13,543 bases of DNA from Candidatus Micrarchaeota archaeon. GTDB lineage: Archaea; Micrarchaeota; Micrarchaeia; Anstonellales; Anstonellaceae. The stretch covers positions 1-13,543 of the forward strand of contig JBDRNY010000060.1 in the NCBI GenBank assembly GCA_043810635.1, in the 5' to 3' direction. Position numbers and translations under genes: made by a program. The notes under the pieces are model-generated. The model was not told where the DNA came from, did not search any database, and was given only the letters and a program-made list of their open reading frames with translations. Shown here one piece after another: positions 6,862-13,543 of this stretch; position 1 is the first letter of the stretch; every line of letters begins with the position of its first letter.

Positions 6862-8073
6862 ATGCATGACTTACATGTAATAGGTGCACCGAACCGCGGG
6901 GGGGCATACGCCTGCCCTTCGGGCAGTCTATCGCCAACCGCTTCGCGTCTGGCGACCCCCCCTCAGTTTGAGGTTCCTCCGGATCCCCCCCAGAAATTTG
7001 ATTTGCATGTAATAGGTGCCGGACCTGCCGGCATATTCGCCGCTATAACCGCCCTGCGCAATGGAAAAAATGTCCTTCTCAGCGAAGAGCATGCTTCAGC
7101 CGGCTCTCCCGTGCATTGCTCAGGCCTTGTTTCAGCAAGCGGGTTGCGCCAATTATCAGATGTTGCGGATTACAGGCAGGCAGTGCTAAACACCATCCGC
7201 AGGGCCAACATCCACGGAAAAAACAAAAGCTTTTCCCTCAACTTCCCTTTTCCCAAAGCTTATGCATTTGACAGGCAAAAATTCGACGAATTGGCAGCCC
7301 AAAAATATATTGATGAAGGGGGCAAAATAGAATTTAATTCCAAAATAACCCAAACAGATGATATCAAATCCAAAAATATAATAGGAGCCGACGGCCCCAC
7401 TTCAACAATTTCCCGCCTCTTCTCTTTTCCAAAAATTTCCTCATTTTGCTCCTGCTGGCAAGGCGAATTTTCCTACTCCTCCCCAGACATTTCAGCAGTA
7501 GAAGTATTTCTCAACCCTGACTGGTGCCCCGGGTTTATGGGATGGATTATCCCCTTAAATAAAGAAAAAGCAAAAATAGGCTTAGGCCTTTCCCCCGGCA
7601 GTGATTTGCATATCGCAAAACAAAATTTCCTAAAAAACCTTAACATTGTTTCCGCCCCCCCGCTTTCAGAATTTTCAGCATTAATACCCCTCTCCCCCCG
7701 CCCCAAAACCGCCCATGCCAATAATGGCTATAATATATGCTTGGCAGGAGATGCTGCCGGGCAGGTGAAAGCAACTTCAGGAGGTGGAATTTTTTTCGGA
7801 GCGCAATGCGCCCGCCTTGCAGCAAAATATTGCACTTCCCCCTCTTTATATGAAAAAGAATGGCGCGCAAAATACGGCATGGATTTAACCCTCCACCGCA
7901 TAATGCGCATGGGGTTGGACATGCTTACTCCTGACGGCGTGGATTTATGGGCAAATTCAGTAAAATTTTTCAAAATTGACAATTTGCTTTGCGAAATAGG
8001 GGAAATGGACGAATATTCCAAAATGCTCTCTTTTAAATCATTAAACAAATATATGAAATTAATTTCAAAATAA
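6862..8073 (+). CDS. Geranylgeranyl reductase-family FAD-dependent oxidoreductase carrying a 44-aa N-terminal insertion
   Basis: Rossmann motif DLHVIGAGPAG, PVHCSGL, IIGADG, PGFMGWIIP (variant of GGR PxxYxWxFP) and LAGDAAGQVKATSGGGI. Confidence 0.88.
   Translation: MHDLHVIGAPNRGGAYACPSGSLSPTASRLATPPQFEVPPDPPQKFDLHVIGAGPAGIFAAITALRNGKNVLLSEEHASAGSPVHCSGLVSASGLRQLSDVADYRQAVLNTIRRANIHGKNKSFSLNFPFPKAYAFDRQKFDELAAQKYIDEGGKIEFNSKITQTDDIKSKNIIGADGPTSTISRLFSFPKISSFCSCWQGEFSYSSPDISAVEVFLNPDWCPGFMGWIIPLNKEKAKIGLGLSPGSDLHIAKQNFLKNLNIVSAPPLSEFSALIPLSPRPKTAHANNGYNICLAGDAAGQVKATSGGGIFFGAQCARLAAKYCTSPSLYEKEWRAKYGMDLTLHRIMRMGLDMLTPDGVDLWANSVKFFKIDNLLCEIGEMDEYSKMLSFKSLNKYMKLISK
6867..7019. mobile_element. 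Putative miniature structured insertion element (~111 bp unique core) flanked by a 21-bp imperfect direct repeat
   Basis: tgacttacatgtaataggtgc (6867-6887) versus tgatttgcatgtaataggtgc (6999-7019), 132 bp apart. The core is 69% GC over 6891-6990 (hand count) with several stem-loops. Confidence 0.6.
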
Positions 8074-8090
8074 ATTATTGGGTTATATTC

Positions 8091-8774
8091 ATGGCTAAAA
8101 AATTCGATTTGCATGTGCATTCAAATTATTCAAAAGATTCTATTAATTCTATTGACAAGCTAATCCAGAAATATTCAAAATTAAAATTTGACGGATTTGC
8201 TATTACAGACCACGGAGATATGAATGCCCTTCCAAAAGCGCGCGCATATGCAAAAGAAAAAAATATTGAAATTGAAATTATAGGCGGATGTGAATTTCTT
8301 TCAGATAAAGGGGAAGTGCTTGGATTATGCATAGAAGAAATGATAAATGAAAAAGAATTCGGCCCTCTTTGCGACGCCATCCATGACCAGGGCGGATTTG
8401 CTGTCCTCCCCCACCCCTTTGATTCTCTACGTGGCCATGCCTGCAACCCAACCCTTCTCCCCCCCGAATTATTAAAATTGATAGACGGCATAGAAACATT
8501 AAATGCCCACTGCCTCTACCCCTCTTTCAACCAAAAAGCATCCCAATATGCCCTCCAGCATTCCCTCCTCTCCACAGCAGGTTCAGATGCCCATTTTCTT
8601 TTTGAATGCGGTGCCGCATTTACAGAGATTCCCGAAAATATGCAAATTGAAATTTCCCTCCGCCGCAAAAAAACAATTCCAAAAGGAAAAATACTTCCTT
8701 TTTATGTGCACGGCCCCCCCAAATTAACCGCATGGGCAAAAAAATTAGGAATAATTCAAAAACCATCCCCCTAA
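8091..8774 (+). CDS. PHP-domain metal-dependent phosphoesterase
   Basis: DLHVH, AITDH, GCE, PHPF, IETLN and GSDAH motifs. Confidence 0.92.
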   Translation: MAKKFDLHVHSNYSKDSINSIDKLIQKYSKLKFDGFAITDHGDMNALPKARAYAKEKNIEIEIIGGCEFLSDKGEVLGLCIEEMINEKEFGPLCDAIHDQGGFAVLPHPFDSLRGHACNPTLLPPELLKLIDGIETLNAHCLYPSFNQKASQYALQHSLLSTAGSDAHFLFECGAAFTEIPENMQIEISLRRKKTIPKGKILPFYVHGPPKLTAWAKKLGIIQKPSP

Positions 8775-8816
8775 CTCATCGTTTCATTTAAATATTCTAA
8801 TTTCCCCCATATTACC

Positions 8817-9521
8817 ATGGCTTCTGATAATTCCACACCCTCCCATATTGCAATTATACCGGACGGCAACAGGAGATGGGCAAAAAAGCACGGATTAGAT
8901 GTGTTGCGCGGCCACGAAAAAGGAATAGAATTAATGGGCGAAGTGCTGAAATGGTGCAGGGAAGAAAAAATCAAAATGGTTTCCTTCTGGGCATTTTCAA
9001 CAGAAAATTTCAAGCGCGACAATGAAGAAGTTAAAGGATTGTTTGATGCCTTCGACTCCCGGCTTTCAAAAGTGTTGAAAGAGGCGGAATTTGAAAAGCA
9101 CGGGGTGCGCGTCCGCTTTATAGGCAACATTTCCCGCTTCCCCCTCAAAATTAGGGAAGGAATAAAAAAAGTGGAATCAGAAACATCCAAATTCGACAAA
9201 TATTTTGTAAATTTCTTTATTGCCTACGGAGGGCGCGCCGAATTAATTTCCGCCGCCAAAAAATTGGCAAAAGACTTTTCCTCCTCACCAGATAAAATAG
9301 ATGAAAAAGAATTCGAATCCCGCCTCTGGTCTTCCGGAATACCCGACCCGGATTTAATTATCCGCACTTCAGGGGAAATCCGAATTTCCGGCTTCCTCCC
9401 ATTCAAATCCGTTTATTCAGAATTTTATTTCTGCGAAAAATTATGGCCAGACTTCTCCCGAGAGGATTTATTAGAAGCATTGCAAGAATTTTCAAAAAGA
9501 AAAAGAAGATGGGGAAAATAA
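8817..9521 (+). CDS. uppS: cis-Prenyltransferase (undecaprenyl/polyprenyl diphosphate synthase)
   Basis: HIAIIPDGNRRWA, FSTENFKR, YGGRAE, PDPDLIIRTSGEIRISGF, LWPDF and C-terminal RRWG. Confidence 0.97.
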   Translation: MASDNSTPSHIAIIPDGNRRWAKKHGLDVLRGHEKGIELMGEVLKWCREEKIKMVSFWAFSTENFKRDNEEVKGLFDAFDSRLSKVLKEAEFEKHGVRVRFIGNISRFPLKIREGIKKVESETSKFDKYFVNFFIAYGGRAELISAAKKLAKDFSSSPDKIDEKEFESRLWSSGIPDPDLIIRTSGEIRISGFLPFKSVYSEFYFCEKLWPDFSREDLLEALQEFSKRKRRWGK

Positions 9522-9911
9522 ATGGAAAAAATTTCAATTGCAAAAATTGAAAATCAAACCAAGAATTCCTCAGTTTCAACATTCTTGGAAATTTGCAACA
9601 CTTTTTCCTCCCGCGCAAGGGGCTTGATGTTCAGAAAATCCCCCGCCTCCCTCCTCTTTGAATTTGACTACCCTGACAGGCACGCAATTCATTCTTTTTT
9701 TGTTTCCTTCCCTTTTGATGCGATTTATTTGGATGAAAATTGGCAAATAACCGACATTTTCAATTCCATTTCCCCTTTCACTTCCCATATCTCCCCCCGT
9801 GCAAATTCCAAATATCTTCTCGAGCTTCCTATTGGCTATTCTCAAAAATTAAATGCAAATATTGGTGATAAATTAAATTTGGTGCGGGATAAAAATGGAA
9901 AATTCAAATAA
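9522..9911 (+). CDS. DUF192 domain-containing protein
   Basis: SRARGLMFR...LLFEF...IHSFFVSFPFDAIYLD...YLLELPIG...IGD signature. Abuts the uppS stop codon and overlaps the next gene by 17 bp. Confidence 0.88.
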   Translation: MEKISIAKIENQTKNSSVSTFLEICNTFSSRARGLMFRKSPASLLFEFDYPDRHAIHSFFVSFPFDAIYLDENWQITDIFNSISPFTSHISPRANSKYLLELPIGYSQKLNANIGDKLNLVRDKNGKFK

Positions 9912-11268
9912 CGATTCCCCTTCTTTGGGGTGGAAAGTGAAAAAAGAAAAAAACACTTATGACTGCGCCATTCCCCAATTAAGCGAGGATGAGGAAGAAT
10001 TTCTGCGCCTTTTGGCAAATGAATTTTCAGAATATTCAAAAAATTATGATGCATCCACCCCTTCTTTGGCAAAAAAAGCAGTAGACACCCTTTTCTCCCA
10101 ATTGCTTTCAAGGGAAGGAATTGAAGTTGATGATGAACAACAAAAATATCTTTCCAATGCAGCCATTTCCCATTTGGCAGGCTTCGCACCCCTTGATGCA
10201 ATGCTGAATGATGAAAATATTGAGGAAATTGCGGTAATCGGAATAAAAAAACCAATTTACGTATATTTAAGAAAAAAAGGATGGCAAAAAACAAATGCCT
10301 CCTTCACCACACACGAGCATCTCATACACATAATAAACAAAATGGCCCGCTCTTTAGGAAGAAGAATTACTTCCAATTCCCCCCGCATCAACGCCCTTCT
10401 TCCAAACAACTCCCGCATGCATGCTTCCATCCCCCCACTTTCTAAAGGAGAATTAACAATCCGCCTCCACTCTTCCACTCCCTGGAGCATAGCAGACATT
10501 CTCCAAACAAAATCCACTACCCCCCAAGCCCTCTCCTTTCTCTGGCTTGCATTTCAATCCGACTCCTCAATTTTAATTGCAGGCAACACCTCTTCAGGCA
10601 AAACCACCCTCCTCAATTCCCTTTCCTCTTTCATCCCCCTCAACGAGCGCATATTGGTAATTGAAGAAACCCCTGAAATACGCCTCCCCCACCCGCATTT
10701 GGTGCAATTAACAGCAAATGAGGATTTGCAAATTAATATGACAAATTTAGTGCGGGATTCTTTGCGAATGCGCCCTGACAGGGTAATTGTAGGGGAAATT
10801 CGCACCCCTCCGGAAGTTGAAGCATTTGCAGAAACCCTTCTTTCAGGCCATGCGCGCGGCTCTTATGCAACATTCCATGCCCAATCTGCAAATGAAGCAA
10901 TCCGCCGGCTCCAAAATTTAGGAATTTCCCAAGACGACCTTTCCTCCCTCAATTTCATTGTAATGCAAAGAAGAATTGCAAGATATGATGCAAACAAGAA
11001 AAAGCAAAAAGAAATAAGAAAAATGCTCGGCATTTACATGCTTTCCAACTTAAAATTATTGCCGATATTTGAATTTAACCCCAACAACAGCCAGCTCCTC
11101 CCAACCCCTCACCTAAAATCCGCACTTTCCCTCCTCTCCCAAAAATTAGGCATTCAGGAAAAGCAAATTAAAAAATTATTTTCCTCCCGTACTTCCTTCC
11201 TTTCCCGCCTCACCCCGCGCCACCCGGACGAAATAACAAATAAAATGCAAAAATTTGCATACGGCTGA
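9895..11268 (+). CDS. CpaF/TadA/VirB11-family pilus assembly ATPase
   Basis: DENIEEI, Walker A GNTSSGKTT, Asp box VIEETPEI, LRMRPDRVIVGEIR (Walker B) and His box SGH...TFHA. Confidence 0.95.
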   Translation: MENSNNDSPSLGWKVKKEKNTYDCAIPQLSEDEEEFLRLLANEFSEYSKNYDASTPSLAKKAVDTLFSQLLSREGIEVDDEQQKYLSNAAISHLAGFAPLDAMLNDENIEEIAVIGIKKPIYVYLRKKGWQKTNASFTTHEHLIHIINKMARSLGRRITSNSPRINALLPNNSRMHASIPPLSKGELTIRLHSSTPWSIADILQTKSTTPQALSFLWLAFQSDSSILIAGNTSSGKTTLLNSLSSFIPLNERILVIEETPEIRLPHPHLVQLTANEDLQINMTNLVRDSLRMRPDRVIVGEIRTPPEVEAFAETLLSGHARGSYATFHAQSANEAIRRLQNLGISQDDLSSLNFIVMQRRIARYDANKKKQKEIRKMLGIYMLSNLKLLPIFEFNPNNSQLLPTPHLKSALSLLSQKLGIQEKQIKKLFSSRTSFLSRLTPRHPDEITNKMQKFAYG

Positions 11269-11279
11269 GTAGGCAATAT

Positions 11280-11447
11280 TTACGAAGATTCCTCATCTTC
11301 CAAATACAAGGAAACAGCTTCCTTCAGGTTTTTAATCGCCTCTTCAAAGCTCTTGCCCTGGCTGGCAACATCCACTTCTGGGCAGTGGGCAACATACCAA
11401 TCGTCTTCTTTTTCGACAACTGCTGAAAACTGATGCTGTATTTTCAT
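11280..11447 (-). CDS. hicB: HicB-family antitoxin-like small protein (55 aa, no DNA-binding domain)
   Basis: FSAVVEKEDDWYVAHCPEVDVASQGKSFEEAIKNLKEAVSLYLE is a typical HicB fold signature. The ATG at 11447 is preceded by SD GGTGA and is preferred over 11471. Confidence 0.88.
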   Translation of the reverse strand: MKIQHQFSAVVEKEDDWYVAHCPEVDVASQGKSFEEAIKNLKEAVSLYLEDEESS

Positions 11448-11510
11448 CTGTTTCACCAAAAATATATGCATTCCTGTATTGAAAAGCTTTCTCCTTTATC
11501 CTCTCCCTCA

Positions 11511-11520
11511 TTTTTATACT
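11511..11520 (+). promoter_or_regulatory. Putative TATA box (TTTTTATACT) for a probably leaderless transcript of the fused TadB/C gene
   Basis: Ends 21 nt before ATG 11542, and there is no SD before that ATG. Confidence 0.55.
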
Positions 11521-11541
11521 TTCAGAGCCAAATAAAAAACA

Positions 11542-13305
11542 ATGCCACATTCTGAGCTTTTCTCATTTCTTGAAATTTTTCCCTTCTCCTCCCTTTACAC
11601 CGGCAAAAAAAGAAAAGCAATGGAAATTCAATGGAAAAAAGCCCACACTTCCCTCCCCCTCAATGCCGCCCTCAACTTCCTCTTCTTTCTAAACATTTTC
11701 TCCTCCTCCCTTTCATTCTTCCTCGCATTTCTCTTTTTCTCAGACATTTTATTCTCCTTTGGCATTTCCCTATTAACATTTGCCCTTTTCCTTCTCATCG
11801 GTTTCCGCCTTCCTTTGTTTATGGCAAACCGCTACTCTTCATTAATAGAATCAGACCTTCCATTAGCTTTGCGCGCAATTTCCCTTCACTTAAAAATAAA
11901 ACTCCCCTTTGAGCAATCCCTCCTCCATGTTGCAAATTCAAATTACGCTTCCTCCCAATTATTCAAGCACGCGCTTTCTTCCATATATTCAGGCCAAAGC
12001 GTCCCTTCCTCCCTTTCCCAAATAGCTTCTTCCACCACTTCCCTCCCATTCTCCCGCGCCATCCACTCCCTCACTTTAATTTATGAAGAAGGCACCCCCC
12101 CGGCCACCCTCGATTCTTTGGCAGATGAATTAATTTCCCGCCAGCTTTCCTTTCTCCGCCTCCAATCCTCGCGCATTGCAATGATAGGATTGTTTTTTGT
12201 AGCTTCTTCCTCCCTTCTCCCGGCTTTTTTCCTAATACTCAATATAGCAGCCGGCCCCCTCCTAGGATTTTCAACAAGCGAATTTTCAATATTTCTTTTC
12301 TATATTTTCGCCCTCCCCTGCATAAACTTTCTCATCCTTTCAATAATGTTTGCCTCCGCCCCCTCGCTAAAAAACGCATTTCGCCAAAAAGCAATAGAAA
12401 AAGAAACAAAAAAACTTCTTTCCTCCTCCCCCTTCCCTTCCCTTTCCTCCCCCCAGCTCCTTCTTTTTTCCATCATCCTCTTTCTCATAGGCTTCCTTTT
12501 CTCCTCCCTCCTCTCTTTCCACACTTTCTCCCCCCTCATCGCCCTCCTCTTCGCATCCCTCCCCTCCCTCCTCCTCACATATTATGAAGGAAAAGTGCTT
12601 TCCCATCTTTCTTCTCTCGAATCCGAGCTTCCGAATATTTTGCTTGCAGGCGCCTCTTCCCCCCGCTTCTCGCTTGAAACCATGCTTTCCTATGCATCAA
12701 AATCCTCCTCCCCTTCCCTTTCCCTCCAATCCACCCATGCATTGCGCCAATTAAATGCAGGCACCAACCCCATGCAAGTGCTTTCCCAATGGTCTTTTTC
12801 CACCCCATCAATAATGCTTTCCCGCGCCCTCATCCTTCTTTCAATAGGCTATCAAACCGGCTCAAATTTGCAAAAAGCATTGCGCGCATCTGCAGAAGAT
12901 TTGATGTCAAATTTCAATCTCATACGCGAGCGCGCCTCCCTCCTCTCAATGCAAAATTACACCCTTATTACAGCAACCGCCCTCTTAGTGCCTGCAATAT
13001 TGGCAATTTCCCTTTCCTTTTCCACCCAAATATCAGAAATCCAGCTTCCCTCCTCTTCCCTTCTTTCAGCAACAGAAATTTCAGAACCAAACTCCCCCCT
13101 CCTCTCCCCGCCCAATACTAAAAATTTAATTTCAGCAGCCAGCACCGCAATTCCCATCTACCTTTTCCTCAACTCCCTTCTTGCAGCATTTTTCATTTCC
13201 CTTTCTTCAGGCACAAGGGAAAAATTCATTCCTTATGCAATATTTCTCACCCTCATTTCCCAATTAGTATTTCTGCTAATAACCCAGGGATGGATTGGAA
13301 TTTAG
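11542..13305 (+). CDS. Divergent type II secretion system F family protein with two F domains (fused TadB/TadC, FlaJ-like architecture)
   Basis: Two F-domain-like starts (IESDLPLALRAISLHLKIKLPFEQSL and LESELPNILLAGASS...GYQTGSNLQKALRASAEDL), each flanked by TM helices. Lies downstream of the CpaF ATPase. Confidence 0.8.
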   Translation: MPHSELFSFLEIFPFSSLYTGKKRKAMEIQWKKAHTSLPLNAALNFLFFLNIFSSSLSFFLAFLFFSDILFSFGISLLTFALFLLIGFRLPLFMANRYSSLIESDLPLALRAISLHLKIKLPFEQSLLHVANSNYASSQLFKHALSSIYSGQSVPSSLSQIASSTTSLPFSRAIHSLTLIYEEGTPPATLDSLADELISRQLSFLRLQSSRIAMIGLFFVASSSLLPAFFLILNIAAGPLLGFSTSEFSIFLFYIFALPCINFLILSIMFASAPSLKNAFRQKAIEKETKKLLSSSPFPSLSSPQLLLFSIILFLIGFLFSSLLSFHTFSPLIALLFASLPSLLLTYYEGKVLSHLSSLESELPNILLAGASSPRFSLETMLSYASKSSSPSLSLQSTHALRQLNAGTNPMQVLSQWSFSTPSIMLSRALILLSIGYQTGSNLQKALRASAEDLMSNFNLIRERASLLSMQNYTLITATALLVPAILAISLSFSTQISEIQLPSSSLLSATEISEPNSPLLSPPNTKNLISAASTAIPIYLFLNSLLAAFFISLSSGTREKFIPYAIFLTLISQLVFLLITQGWIGI

Positions 13306-13310
13306 CACAT

Positions 13311-13320
13311 TTTTTATACT
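13311..13320 (+). promoter_or_regulatory. Putative TATA box (TTTTTATACT)
   Basis: Third identical copy, 29 nt upstream of the GTG at 13350. Confidence 0.55.
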
Positions 13321-13349
13321 CCCACTCCCCATTAAAATTGGTGTGATAA

Positions 13350-13543
13350 GTGGACATAAACGATGCATGGAAAAGCACATGCAAAGTAGTACTAGGCGAG
13401 GAAATAGGCGAATTGCAGGAATATGAAAAATACCTTTCTAAATATGTCGAGCCGATTTATGAAAAATCTTCCACCCTTTCAGGCAAAAAAGTAATAATTT
13501 CCCGCCCCTCTTTTTGCAAAAATGCAAATTTCATTTCATTTGA
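13350..13543 (+). CDS. Hypothetical protein, 3'-truncated (absent from the ORF track)
   Basis: SD GGTGTGA (13340-13346) and GTG start; the frame is open to the window end: MDINDAWKSTCKVVLGEEIGELQEYEKYLSKYVEPIYEKSSTLSGKKVIISRPSFCKNANFISF... Confidence 0.8.
   Translation, partial: MDINDAWKSTCKVVLGEEIGELQEYEKYLSKYVEPIYEKSSTLSGKKVIISRPSFCKNANFISF

Noticed and set aside
6891..6991. tRNA or known structural RNA in the GC-rich insert
   Set aside because: No TTCRA T-loop, D-loop or acceptor-stem geometry on either strand, and no SRP or RNase P signature was recognised by eye. An Rfam search is still warranted.
6867..7019. CRISPR mini-array interpretation of the direct repeat
   Set aside because: Only two copies, a 111-bp spacer, the repeat is coding sequence of the host gene, and no cas genes are present.
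6882..7026. Bulge-helix-bulge (archaeal intron) interpretation of the reductase insertion: AGGT-GCAC (6882-6889) can pair with GTGC-cgg-ACCT (7016-7026)
   Set aside because: There is no inner helix after the 5' bulge. Canonical cleavage would remove 130 nt (6892-7021) and shift the frame, whereas the unspliced gene is already in frame.
11344..11550. 68-aa minus-strand ORF as a possible HicA toxin partner
   Set aside because: It overlaps hicB out of frame and the next gene's start, and lacks the HicA GSH motif.
12300..12606. R/E/G/K-rich minus-strand ORFs
   Set aside because: Artefacts of the polypyrimidine tract of the TadB/C gene, which lacks stop codons on the purine strand.

Overview
Archaeal window, most likely DPANN/Micrarchaeota-like. 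This is inferred from TATA-like promoters, GGTG/GAGGTG Shine-Dalgarno motifs, a class III signal-peptide pilin and the protein families present. It holds parts of two separate type IV pilus-like (Tad) loci. The left locus has a K/E/P-rich protein, two T2SS-F/TadB-TadC membrane proteins and a pilin. The right locus has DUF192, a CpaF/VirB11 ATPase and a fused double-F-domain protein, interrupted by a solo HicB gene. Between them lie a minus-strand TPR-AAA+ ATPase/PrsW protease pair and a geranylgeranyl-reductase-family/PHP/UppS cluster. Two anomalies stand out. (1) A GC-rich, multi-hairpin, in-frame 132-bp insertion with a ~21-bp target duplication sits in the 5' end of the reductase gene. (2) An apparent +1 frameshift at a G7/A6 homopolymer separates the TPR-AAA ATPase from a 41-aa hydrophobic C-terminal tail. 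No tRNA, rRNA, CRISPR array or transposase was recognised.
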